Shown here: in pieces, positions 1 through 11,930 of the stretch
Layout: every line of letters starts with the position of its first letter
Numbering within the stretch: the first letter of the stretch is position 1
Source: the human T2T-CHM13v2.0 reference genome, Homo sapiens
Length of the DNA stretch: 64,000 bases
Assembly: GCF_009914755.1 (NCBI RefSeq)
Contig: NC_060936.1
Reading direction: 5' to 3' (one strand)
Program-made: the position numbers and the translations under genes
Notes under the pieces: model-generated
Database searches by the model: none
What the model was told of the DNA's origin: nothing
The model's input: only the letters and a program-made list of their open reading frames with translations

Positions 1-268
1 GTGTTGTTCCCCTCCCTGTGTCCATGTGTTCTCATTGTTCAGCTCCCACTTAGACGTGAAAACATGTGGTGTTTGGTTTTCTGTTCCTGTGTTAGTTTGC
101 TGAGGATAACGGCTTCCAGCTCTATCCATGTCCCTGCAAAGGACACGAACGCGTTCCTTTTAATGGCTGCCTAGTATTCGTGTATATGAACCACATTTTC
201 TTTATCCAGTCTATCACTGATGGGCAGCTGGGTTGATTCCATGTCTTTGCTATTGTGAATAGTGCTGC
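1..268 (-). mobile_element. L1PA-type LINE-1 3' fragment (cut by window edge)
   Basis: Antisense L1 3' sequence (gtccatgtgttctcattgttcagctcccac...ttgctattgtgaatagtgctgc), same motif series as the L1 copies at 21271 and 40685. Confidence 0.85.
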
Positions 269-678
269 TTCATCTTTTTCAAATTCCATACAGTCATTGC
301 CTGGCCTGCCTGTCCGAATGAATTAATATTTTATTGCTTCATTCAGTCAACAAATTAGTCAATTAATCAATACATTGTTTACTGAGCACCTACTCTGAGT
401 CTTGGAACTGTGATGGTACCAGTACTATACCTCCTGGGGTACAAGTTTCAGTGGGAGGAGACACCTGTATTTTACACATAGTATTCAGCTCTGAGAAGAC
501 TCCTCTGTGTCTTTCACAATTCTTGAAACAAATATGGTCACATTTTTCAAGTATGCAGTAAAAGTGCATAAAAGCTCCAGTAAGATATCCCAGAAAAAAC
601 AGGCAATGGCTCTTGGTTCCATTCTCCTATGCTTCTCATCTTCTCCACCCTTCCACCCTGCCAAACTTCAGTACCTAC

Positions 679-777
679 CTTGAACTAGTCTTGTTGGTCC
701 CCCCAGTCATGCTGCTGGAAGCCAAACTACAGCCAAGATCAAGTAGCTGGCAAGGCCTGGCTGTCTCGAGGAAACTC
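679..777 (-). CDS. TESPA1: TESPA1 coding exon (99 nt, phase 2-2): (R)SFLETARPCQLLDLGCSLASSSMTGGTNKTSS
   Basis: Acceptor ctctgcag|GAGT and donor TCAAG|gtaggt on minus strand; in frame with upstream exons; gene continues beyond left edge. Confidence 0.93.
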
Positions 778-1013
778 CTGCAGAGATCAAAGCTGATGTC
801 ATACAAATCTTGTTTCCAGTCTGCACCCTGGCTTCGAGGAATCCCTGCTGGACTTATTCACCCCCTGAACAGTAGTCTATGCAGTGCTTGTTCGTTGGAA
901 AGTCTCACTCTCTAATGTGAATCTTTAGCTCTTTATTTTAATCTCTTTGACCTACCCCAATTCACTGATTCTTAAAGGAGACATCATTCACCCTGGCTGA
1001 ACCTAACACTTAC

Positions 1014-1050
1014 CTGGAGAAGAGTTTGCCATTGGCGGCCAGTAGTGTGG
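1014..1050 (-). CDS. TESPA1: TESPA1 coding micro-exon (37 nt): (A)TLLAANGKLFS
   Basis: tcttgtccag|CCAC ... TCCAG|gtaagt; frame consistent. Confidence 0.92.
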
Positions 1051-1808
1051 CTGGACAAGAAACAGAGAAGCAAAGAGCAAATTAGAAGGGAAAATGAAAA
1101 TCACCTGTGTTGCCCCTCTGAACCTAAAACTCAGTCCCCTCTGTTTCTTTTTGTGACTATGACAGGCTAGCTGGACCCCATAAATTCTGCACTTCTTGGG
1201 GCCTCAAGATTACCTAACACAGTTCTGGAATAGGGACAGATATGCCAGAGAGTAACTGGCCTTAACCCTATGAACTTCTGACCCATGACTGATGTTTAGG
1301 CAAGAGCCCCTCTGTCCTAAAAAGGATAGAGTCATTTGGCCTTCCTGGCTAGTGTTCCTGTCCCCCTACACAAGTCTTTACAGCTCCCAGGAGACACTGG
1401 TAGGTTGCTGTGCTTTCATTCTTTACTGATGTCCTTCTCCTCCTGCAGTATAGTCTCTATTTTACATCCAATGCACAGACTTGTTTGGAGTTTCTGTACA
1501 GAAAACAGTCTTAAAGCTATCTGGGCAGCAAACATTATAGTAATTTTATATGTTATCATCCCAGGGGCCAAAGGAAAGTTCCAGTGATGAACCAGTAAGA
1601 GTCATGGTAGGCTGATGAGGAGGTGTTTCTGGGCATGTGATGCCTTCTGCATTTTACATTAGATAATAATGAGACTGCCCTTTCCCTGTAGATAAGACCC
1701 CAGGGATGGGCTGTTTCTTTCTGAAGTTTTGCACTTCCATCCTATCCTGAATTCATACAATGTATATCCTGTTTTCTCATCCCAACCTCAGAGAACTGTG
1801 CCACTTAC

Positions 1809-1862
1809 CCTCCGCTCCCAGGGTCAAGTCATCTTCAAAGCTGGTCCCATGGCTGCAGAAGC
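1809..1862 (-). CDS. TESPA1: TESPA1 coding exon (54 nt, phase 1-1): (G)FCSHGTSFEDDLTLGAE
   Basis: ttggacag|GCTTC ... GGAGG|gtaagt; frame consistent. Confidence 0.92.
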
Positions 1863-2468
1863 CTGTCCAATAATCAGGTGAGGGTCACAGAAAACCAGGA
1901 TGGAACATATACACATGCACATGCACACCCCTGCATACACGAACATCTTCACATGCCCTTAGACTAGACTTGCACAACCAGATAATCATACTAGATACCC
2001 ACGTTTGTCAAATTACCACAAACTGTACATATATCACCTCAGAAGTCATATTCATTTTTGATTCAGAAACAATCATACATGCATTCACCTATAACCTTTC
2101 CCCTATATCACATAGTTATGTACACAATCCCCTGCCAAACAGCAAACATATGGGGGTGTGCACTCACACCCATATAAACACATATTTTATAAAGTTCTTT
2201 TCCTATAGCAGTGGTTGTTATCTGAGCAACCACTAGCAGAACATAGCCTATGACTGTTAATGAGCCTGTGGGCTCTGAGCCAGCACTTTCTTCTGGATTT
2301 CCTGAAGTCTTGTGACCACGAATAGTGTTTTGCAGCCAGTTTAAGAACACTCAGGGACTCTTTTGCATGCCTATGCATGTATATGTGCATAAACACTCAC
2401 ATACACACACGCACAGGTATATCACTCTCCAGGTAGAAGAAAAATAGATGGACAGAACCTATACTCAC

Positions 2469-2518
2469 CATTGTAGATAAACTGTCCTGCTTCCTCAGAA
2501 AATCCTTCTTCAGAGTAT
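2469..2518 (-). CDS. TESPA1: TESPA1 coding micro-exon (50 nt): (G)YSEEGFSEEAGQFIYN
   Basis: tttttggtttag|ATAC ... CAATG|gtgagt; frame consistent. Confidence 0.92.
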
Positions 2519-3639
2519 CTAAACCAAAAACAGTCTTATAGGTTGAAGTCACTTACTACATTTTCCAAGGAGCTTTTTCATGGAAAAACTCACACATATT
2601 CATATTCTTTTCCAGTGAGAGTCAGTAGTATTTAATTTGCTTTTATGTTGGAGAAAACAAAGACAGAGTGGTTACTTGTCTGAAAAATTCATAGAAGTAG
2701 TTGGGGAAACTGGGGCTGGAATGCACTATATTTTAGATTGTGCTTCTGTTGTCCTGGCCACAGGACTAAAGGACGAAAGTCAACTTAACAATGATTCTTC
2801 GGTCTTTAGGTGAAACAGGAAAGAAAGAATATTGAAGCAAAACAGGAGAATTACATTCATAGAAGCAGGCGTTTGCATGCCATAATTTCCAAATCACAAA
2901 TATAAATTTCTAGGTTTTCTTAAAACTTTTAGATCACCTTAACTACCCACACTTCCTTCCTTCTCTCTGAACCATGTTATTGCTGAATATCATGTCATTC
3001 AGGAAACAGCAGAAATTGTATCCTGGTTAGAGATATTTTAAAATTTTCAGACATGGTCTTATCAAACATTTACCATCTCCACCAGAAGAACAAACCGAAA
3101 TCAGCACAAATGGTGGTGAGAGACAGCTCAGTTTTACAAACAAGGAAGAAATTCTCTCTGTCCAAAACAGGTGTGTGAAGTAATCTGTGACAGGGCTTTG
3201 AAATGTCATCAGCACATCCAGATTCTAGTCCTGGCTCATTGTGGCTGTTTTGTTCTCAAATATTACGTAAGGGAATTTGGAACCCTAGATATTATCATCA
3301 TCTGAGTCTACTTCAAACACTGATATGTTGTGAATTTTGTAGAGTTTGCTTTCCTAAAGCTTTTTACATGGAAGTTATTCATGGTGCTTTAAATGTAATC
3401 TCAAGTGGAGGTTGGAGGGGAAAAGGGTCAGTAACGTGAGTTAGCAGAGAAACTGAAGTGCATCCACTGGTGCTGGTCCTAAAGGAGCTTTTCTCTTTAT
3501 CAGTCTCCAGCAATCCAGATTACTCTCAGGCCACTGGAGTATCACTTCATGGCGTGTGTAACAGTGGGAATAGGCTTACTAACCAAATATCTGTAGGTCA
3601 AGTTCTGCCTAAATTTTACAAAATAAGTCACTACATATT

Positions 3640-3645
3640 TATATA

Positions 3646-3692
<47 letters not shown>

Positions 3693-3728
3693 GTGTGTGT
3701 GTAGATAGATAGATAGATATAGATATAT
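3640..3728. repeat. Compound microsatellite (TG)n(TA)n(TG)n(TAGA)n
   Basis: Directly visible. Confidence 0.95.
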
Positions 3729-4124
3729 CTTTTGCTTGTAACGCCTTTCAATAGCAAAAAAATCAACCATGTTTACCAAAATCTGAATTTTAATATGTCC
3801 TTATGAAAAATACTACATCAAAGGTTCATTATAAAATATGAAATAATAGGCAAGCTCATTAAGAATAGGTAACTCTAATAATGCACCTAGAACTATAAAT
3901 ATATTTTTCTCTTCCTAATATATAATTACATAAAATATGTTGTGGTATAATACTACAAACATGTGTAACTGTAATATTTACTATTACTACTAAAAACAGC
4001 ATGATAGCTAATATAGTCAAGTACTAGAATATTGCAATTTACTACTGTATTTAATGCTTGTGTTGTAGCTGCACAGTAATGCCACTACTAAGGCCTAGTA
4101 TTACTAGAGGTACATTTAAATAGA

Positions 4125-4955
4125 CTACAATTCCATTTCTAGGTTGTACCCAATGGACATGCCTGCATAGGTTCCCCCAAGTAAATACTAGTCATGATAA
4201 CCAAAAAATGGAAGCCTCCAAATCCCTATTTATTATAAAATTAAACAATTATATAATAACTATACAACTTAATATTACACAATAATAAGAATGAGTTACT
4301 GCTGCATGCGAATACTTGGATAAGCATCATAAACATAATGTTAAGCAAAAGAAACACACATAAAACAGTACATGTTATATGACTCTATTTCTATAAAGTT
4401 CAAAATAATCCCAAACATATCTATGATGTTACAAGTCAGGGTATTTGTTACCCTTGGAGGCAGGATAGTGAACGAAACGGACGGAAAGGAGGCATTTGGA
4501 ATGCTGGTGATGCTCTGCTTTAGGTTTCATGGGTGTATTCCCTTTGTGAAAATTCATTGAGCTATTTATGTATTTATTTATTTGCCTATTATTTATTTGT
4601 TGACAGGGTCTCACTCTGTCTCCCAGGTTGGAGCACAGTGAGAATAGCTCACTGTAGCCTTGAACTCCTAAGCCCAAGAGAGCCTCCTGCCTCAATCTCC
4701 TGAGTAGCTAGGACTAAAGGTGCTGCCATGCCTGGCTAGTTTTAAAAAACTGTTGTTTTTTTTTCCTTGTAGAGATGGAGTACTGGTACATTGCCCAGGG
4801 TGGTCTTGAACTCTTGGGCTCAAGCAATCCTCCTGCCTTGGGCTCCCAAAGTGCTGGGGTTACAGGCATGAGCCATGTGCCTAGCCTCAGCTACATATTT
4901 AATACTCATTCATTTTTCAGTAAGTATATTATACTTCAATATAATTTATATTAAA
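4125..4955 (+). mobile_element. Old L1M (L1ME-like) 3' fragment interrupted by an Alu
   Basis: Degenerate L1M 3' motifs (aattccatttctagg, tatataaagttcaaaa-like, ttgtgaaaattcattgagct, tatattatacttcaat) on both sides of the Alu. Confidence 0.55.
4565..4886 (-). mobile_element. AluJ-like SINE
   Basis: Antisense dimeric Alu (gacagggtctcactctg...cccaaagtgctggg) with J-type gggctcaagcaatcctcc. Confidence 0.9.
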
Positions 4956-7900
4956 AAGGAAAATGTTACTGATATGTATGCTGAACTTCAATACAATTTA
5001 CATTTAAAATGTCACTGATAAAATTTCTGGTTTGTCCAAAGCAAAACTCACTTGTATTCATTGGATACAAGTTTTTATTGGGTGCTTATCCTACATTTCT
5101 CTTCTTTAGTTATAATCTGCCAAGTATTTCTATTCTCTTTATGAGGAATAGCCATTGGTGGGTCTTGGGGCATTCTGTGGAACCTACAACAGCAGTGTGG
5201 ACATGGGCCTGGAGCTATTGATGCTTTCTCACCGAGCACAATGATTTGAGACTTTATGTCCATCACTCAAGTCCCAGGCCTTCCATGGGTTATCGGATAG
5301 GCCATAAAATCAATGACCAGGGACTAGATGTATAGTTGCTCCCCTCTTCCCACCCTTGCATTGAAAAATTCCTTAGCATCATTTTAAGTCTCAAATGAAA
5401 GAGCCAAGGTATTGCTCTTTCTGTATATGCAGTTCATAAACAAATAGTAGGGAGGAGGGATTGGATTGTGGGAAGAAGTATATGGCTATTTTTAGCTTCT
5501 TCTAGATGTTTCCATAGCTACCTGCCTGCAGAGATTTAAGCTGAAGCCCACACAGATGATTTTTGGGCTCCCAACCCCACCTCTGGTGATTCATGAGCAA
5601 CACAGTCATGTCCCAGAAAATCCCGAGAGCTTAGGAGGAGAAAGAAAAAAGGAGAGGCATAGTTTGCAAAGACATGCATGATCAGATCCTGTGGCAGAAT
5701 AGTCGGCCGCTAGATTCAATTGCACTGAGAAACATTGACACTAAATTGCCTGAGATGTTGGTGAACTCTCCTGCAGAGCTTGTCAGAAAAGAAGATGCTC
5801 TTGCTACCAGAGGATGTTTGGCTTTGGAAAGAAAAGTGGAAACTATATGGTCTTGGAATAAAATTTGAAAAGTGCCCCTCAGGGCACCTGGCAGAGTGGA
5901 CAGATAATCAGTAAATGCGGGCTCCTTGTTTATCCTCTTTCCTCTGTGGCCTTGGAGCATGGAATACTGTGGTAATTTAGAATCTCATGTTTAGAATGCG
6001 TTTTCCCTCTATCTTCTTCATTAGCTATTACCAAAAGTCAAGTGTACTCTCACTATCAATCATTGTCATTATTGTCCTTTAGTTTTTCTAGCTTTTCCAT
6101 GCAATTAAGAAGTATTACACACTTAAACAGAATTAGAAAACAGAGGAAATTGGAAAATGTTCTGACTCCAACAATTCCCCTTCCAAAGACAAATGCAAGT
6201 ATGTTGATTAACTCTTTATGGCCGTTTTGAAGTTTAAATATTTGAAATCTTTTCAAAACACAGATACATAATGAAAATGTAACAGATACCCTTGCACCAG
6301 TCACTCTATTTTCACACATGTAAACATTTTGCCATATTTGCTTCAGAAAAAATAAAATATTAAGTAATATATAAAGTAAAATAAAAAATTAAATATTAAA
6401 GATATAACTAAAGTCTTATTTTACTTCTAAAGTCAATTCTTTTCCTTCTTCCAGGTAATCACTATCCAAGAGTTAATATGTATCATTTCTGGGAATTTTT
6501 TTTCTGATAAATAAACAGATGTAGATAGATGGATAGATATAGACAGACATTTTGTGGAATTATAGGTAGGTATAAACTCCTCCTTTATAAAACTCACCAG
6601 TCACTCACTATTAAAAGCATAAAGCACATACACATATATCATCTCATTTAAACCTCACGAGAACCCTTAGACTGTATTATTTTAAGCGTCCCACTTTATA
6701 GCTCAGGCGTCTACAGTGAACAGAATTTAAGTTATTAGCTTATGGTTGGTTAAACACTTAGTAGCACAAGAATTAGGCTCAAGTCTTGGAGACTTTTCAC
6801 TAACCAGACCACTTTTTTGTCATAAATTTTGGTTCAGGGTTTATCTTTGTAGAGCATGAGTGAAGAAAGATGATTTCTAGAGTTTATTATCTTGTATTTC
6901 TGTGAATTTATTATTTTCAATTAGAACGAAATATGTTCTAAGTCAATGAGCATATTTTAAACTACTTGGCACCCCTCTAGGTTATTCAGATAATCAGACA
7001 GTTAGCAAAAGCGTAATTAATAATTGCTGACATGAATTGAAGACTCAAGAGTAGTTAATGAGATAAGGACATTAACTGAGCTGACTGTTTCCCCTGTACA
7101 TATCTGGTAAGTATTTTAAATCCTAGGACAGTTCTCATCCTAGGCTTCTCACCCAAACCTGCAAACATTCTGATTACCACCATTCTTTTCTTCCTGTATT
7201 CTGTGGGTCCTCTAATTGACTTTGAAATCAATGAATTATGAATAAGATGAGGGCAATGAGAACAATAGGTTTTTTCAAACAACAAAACAAACACAAAATA
7301 AATCCTTCCTGGCATTGCCTTCTTGGGTACAGGTGAAATAAACAACCTTGGATTATTTGGTGTTATTTATTTCCTACCAAATAAGCAAGAATGGGTTTCT
7401 TTATGCCAATTAATAGATGAGTTTAGATTAAAGGCTATATAAAACTTGAGCCATTCCTGGAGGGAAAATAAGGAGCAGGCAGAAGTTGTCCATTCTGAGA
7501 ATTCATTATTACACAGAAGACTAAATAGATCACAGAATTCTTCCTTTTGTGTCTGGGCATACTGAGCCTAAGAACGGTACAGGCTGATGGGCTGTGGGGT
7601 CTCATAATTTAAAGTATCTCTGAGGAAAGAGATAATGCACTGCCTTGAAGTGCCTGCTCCAATTCTCCCCTGCTTTGAATGACTGTCATAAACCCTAAGC
7701 TTCTCCTGTGCTCTGCAGTAGAAATAAATAACACAGATGAATTGCTCTTCAGCAAGAATGATCAGGTTTCCAATTCCTTTTGTTACACAATGTAAGACTC
7801 CAATCTAAAGGGGGAAGTCAGGGGAGTAGGGGTCTGGAACTCACCCCAACTATTCCCCATCCACTCTTAGCTTTAGCTCAAACCCAACCTCTATTCCTAG

Positions 7901-8126
7901 ACCTCGTGCCTAATTTAGTCTTAGCCCCAAGTTGCACTTGATTCACAATTGTGATCACCAGTTCACCCTAAACCCGCAACACCCCTCCAACCACCATCTC
8001 AACCTTACTTCTAATCTTTAGGCCCAAATCAAATCCATCTTCCTGTCTCTGAGTTTCCAGGAGTTGTGTCTGTTAGCAAATTCAACCATCAGCCACATAC
8101 CACCCCATTGCCTGTCCAGCACTTAC

Positions 8127-8169
8127 CCGCAATCCTGCAGCCAGTCTTCAATTTTATTGATTGGATTCC
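8127..8169 (-). CDS. TESPA1: TESPA1 coding micro-exon (43 nt): (G)NPINKIEDWLQDC
   Basis: gacttttctag|GGAAT ... TGCGG|gtaagt; frame consistent. Confidence 0.93.
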
Positions 8170-8569
8170 CTAGAAAAGTCAGACACTAGATCACTGTGAG
8201 AACTGAACGAAATCAGACCTCCTCCCTGCAACTAATTCCATTCCACAAGTTTATTCTTACATAAGCTGCGTCATGAATCTTTTTTTCTACATAAAGCTTT
8301 TCTTTAAGATATGAGAGGAATACACCGTATATAAAAATAGTAGATATTTCTTCTCTCTCTCTGCTTCTTTTCTCCCTTCCTCCCAAGAACCTGGAAAGTG
8401 CCCAAGATGTCAGGCCCACTGCTGTCTTTTGAGAGTTCCTTTCCCACAAGGGTGGATCCTTCTCATTTAAAAAGAAAAAGAAAAAGAAAGACAATCTTGT
8501 TTTTGTGCTTTTTGCTTCCTACCAAATAAGCATTTATTTCCATCAGAATTTTTGTTTTACTCTTATGAC

Positions 8570-8725
8570 TGTGGTCTCATTTGAACCTCAAAGAAGCTCT
8601 GAGAAGTGTAGGAAAGGTACTACTACTTCAATTGGACAAATAAGTCTTAGAGAGGTGAGTGACTTCCCAAAGGCCACACAGCTTGTTAGTGACAGCATTG
8701 TGGCCAGAGTCCAGGCATCCAGCTT
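8570..8725 (-). mobile_element. MIR fragment
   Basis: agagaggtgagtgacttcccaaaggccacacagct is the antisense MIR core. Confidence 0.7.
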
Positions 8726-9049
8726 GGGTGTGGTCTTGTTACACAGACAAAATAGAAACACCCCAAAGCATTCATAGAGAGCCCCCAGCCTCAGGTTCTT
8801 ACAGAAGCTTCTCAGGATGATGCAAAAATGTGCCCTTCCCTTTTTCCTAATCTTATGCCTGTCTCTTTCTCACATAATTCATATTTCGTATTACTTTAGC
8901 TTTTCTCCTAAACATATTTAAACCAGTCAAAACAGTCCTCCCTGAGGGCCTGGCTAAACAAGGAACCTGTTCACACTCTGCAGACCTGGGCCTGCTGTCA
9001 CCTTTTGCCGCCAGACAACATAGACGCCTGTCTGATGTTCGTCTCTTAC

Positions 9050-9212
9050 CTTCCTGGAAAACGTCATCCAGGCTGGAAGGCTCAGGATCTGGGACATCCT
9101 GCAGGGCGGCAGCAGCCTCCTCTTCTAGGACCTGGGTCTGCCAGTTACGGCTCTGACGGAGCCAGGCCCGCCGTTTCTCCCAGGATGTGGGGCTCAGCAC
9201 AGAGGCCTCCAT
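9050..9212 (-). CDS. TESPA1: TESPA1 first coding segment MEASVLSPTSWEKRRAW...LDDVFQE (exon spans 9050-9257 including 45 nt of 5'UTR)
   Basis: Recognised TESPA1 N-terminus; Kozak gccATGG; donor GAAG|gtaaga at 9050/9049; acceptor tttttcaactcttag|GACG at 9257. Confidence 0.95.
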
Positions 9213-9429
9213 GGCCCTGGCTCAGACTTCAGGACCTCCCGTAACAGTAATGCCGTCCTAAGAGTTGAAAAACAGTGATACTCCCTCATCATATGCTCAG
9301 AAACCACCATGATGCTCAGGGTTGCCCCCTGAATTTTCCTGTGTCTGCCCAAAGGAGCTTGGTCTCTCTGACCATTCAAAAGCAGGAAGGACACGCCTAG
9401 CTCATTTTCTGTCTCTCCTGCAAAAAAGG

Positions 9430-9515
9430 AATGCTCTGAAAACTCTAAATACCGGGATAAGTCTTTCAAGTCAGAAAGTTTGAAAGCTTCAAACATCATG
9501 ATTTAATGGACATTA
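9430..9515. repeat. Left arm of an 86-bp inverted repeat (pairs with 10821-10906)
   Basis: Reverse complement matches 10821-10906 at 79/86 positions with no gaps. Confidence 0.95.
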
Positions 9516-10333
9516 AGAAAACTCTTCTGACTTAAAGAATCTCTATTTCTCAGGGTAATCGAAATGCTGTATTAGAAAACATTTTTTCTTTAATCCTTAA
9601 GAATGTTGTCTACCAGAATCTTCCATTATGACTAAAACATCTTTAAGTTTACAACTTATAAAATTCACTTCATTTTTTTATCCTCATCAAGACATATGAA
9701 AAAATTTAGGGTCTCAAAGGTAAAACAGATTTTCTAAGGTCCCACAACCAGGATGTCACTCCAACTATAGGAATTCTGGGTTTTGTTTGTTTAGTTTTTG
9801 TCTTGATTTTTTATGTTCCTGTTTTATATATTAGGAGTCCACATATGATTTCTCTCAGAAAAAAAAAAATACCCTGTGATTAAAAGCAGGGAGACACTGC
9901 CTTAAGCAATTAGCAGCCAGCACCTTCAGGATAATGACTTTCTAATTTGTCAACTTGTGCTTCTACCTAACTATGAATTTATTCCTCAGCTCATCAATGC
10001 AATTACTAATCCTGTCGATTCATATTTCATGTAACATTACCAAATATTGATGTATTTTTCCAAGAGACACAATGATGGCACTAGATACACATTCAAAGAG
10101 GAACAGAGGGGAAGAATCATTCAATTGTCCAAATAGAGCTTAAAAAAGCTTGAAGCTAATGTAATATTCATTGGCTCATACTCTGTCCTGCTGCCTCTCC
10201 CCAGCTGGCCACACTTGCATCCCACCACACTGAGCAAATAGGAGTGGGGCTGAAACTCTCCAGGTCTTATCCCCCTATTTCCTCGAGCTGCCATAAACAA
10301 CATCATCTTAAGAGCTACACTTTTAACTATTGG

Positions 10334-10378
10334 AATAAAATAAAATAAAATAAAATAAAATAAAATAAAATAAAATAA
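10334..10378. repeat. (TAAAA)n microsatellite
   Basis: Directly visible. Confidence 0.95.
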
Positions 10379-10820
10379 GAAGACTACCAGTTTACAGAGA
10401 CTTCTGTTCTTCCAACACTTAAAACCATTAGTGAGGCATCCAACAAAATAGGCATTAAAATAGCTTTTTTGAAAAGAACATCCTGAACATAAAATGCATT
10501 CCTAGGGCAGTAAAATTGTTTTTAGTGCCTCTGCTTGTTACAGGCAAAACATACCTAGGAAAAAATAATACATAATTACTGTTGTCTGATCTAACTTCCT
10601 TCACTTCAGGTCCAGTCCAAGACATATTTTTCTTCCAAGTGAGACGGTAGTTAGCACTATGAGACTTTGCTCTTTAACCCCGGGCACGTGGCTCTTTGTC
10701 TACTGCCTGTGCCTTTTAGAGAAAATTAAATCATTGAATGAAGTTAATGTCATAAAGAAGCCTCGAAGAGGAGTAGCAGAGATGACTTGCTATTCTTTGG
10801 TCAGAGCTGTCGTGAGGAGA

Positions 10821-10906
10821 TAATGTCCATTAAATAGTGATGTTTGAAGCTTTCAAACTTACTGACTTGGAAGACTTACCCTGGTATTTAGAGCTTTCAG
10901 AGCATT
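10821..10906. repeat. Right arm of the 86-bp inverted repeat
   Basis: See 9430-9515. Confidence 0.95.
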
Positions 10907-11135
10907 TAATGCAACTGCCACTAGAATGACCTTAGGACAAGAATCTAAAAAGTCTTATCAGTTTGTTTACCTAGTCCTGTGATCCAAAATATTTAAGAGA
11001 TTGGTTCCAAAACCCAGAGAAGAAAATCACAAAGGCCGATTTGTCTATTGTTTTTAATTCCCGAAGGAAATGGACCTCCCCTAGATCACTGGGAATCTTC
11101 AGCTCACAGAACATTTTTGGTTGTAGAACTCAAAA

Positions 11136-11233
11136 GGAAGGCAGGAAACCAGGAAGCCAGGAGGGCAGGAATGCAGAAGGGCAGGAGGGTAGGCAGAGAA
11201 GGAGGAAAAGAAGGAGGGAGGGAGGGAGGGAGG
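11136..11233. repeat. GA-rich low-complexity (GGAA/GGAG) tract
   Basis: Directly visible. Confidence 0.85.
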
Positions 11234-11689
11234 AATATCTGGATTTCATACTTTATTCTGCCACTTCAAATGGTATAACCTTGGAAAATTTCATCCTTTT
11301 ATTGGATCTCAGTTTGTCAGTGAAAACATTATAGCCCTAACATTGATGCATCTAGTACTACAAACTTCTGGATGTGCTATTTTATGTCAAGCCCCTATAC
11401 TGCCTAGCACAATTCCAGAATCTCACTAACTGAAATGGAGGTGGGGGGTTTCAACGTCCTCTGTGATATGAATCTATTTTACATTCCTCCCACATCTTCA
11501 AAAATATATCGCAATAATATAGGCTAATTTCCTCTGCATCCCCTGAAAATACTTACCTCTTTTTTTAACCTCGGTTTTCTCAAATTCTTTCCCTCCTTCT
11601 CTTCATCTTCCTCAGTCTTTGCCACACTCACCCTGCAGTGTCCAGCTCTTAACCAGCCTCCTCCATGGAGCCATGCCTGGCTTCCACAG

Positions 11690-11930
11690 CCTACCTTAAT
11701 CGCTTTCACTGGGCTCTTTCTCTGCTTGATTTTTTTCTTCTTAGGTCTTATCACTAACATACCTTACATTTTATTTATTTACCCAATTTATTGTTTACTC
11801 TTCTGATTAGAATACAAGCTCCATGAGGACAGAAATTTTGGGTCATTTACTGCTGTGTTTCTAATGCCTAAAACAGAATCTCACACATTGTAACCACTTA
11901 ATGAATACTCATTGTCTAAACGAGTGAATG
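11690..11930 (+). mobile_element. L2 3' end fragment
   Basis: agaatacaagctccatgaggacag...gcctaaaacag...gagtgaatg resembles the L2 3' end. Confidence 0.65.

Noticed and set aside
8853-9049. C-terminal half of the 119-aa ORF 8853-9212
   Set aside because: Read-through into the intron past the GAAG|gtaaga donor; the real frame continues at exon 8169
9430-10906. Inverted repeat as terminal repeats of a DNA transposon
   Set aside because: No TA or 8-bp TSD at the outer ends, no transposase remnant, and termini unlike families I know; not fully excluded without a Dfam search
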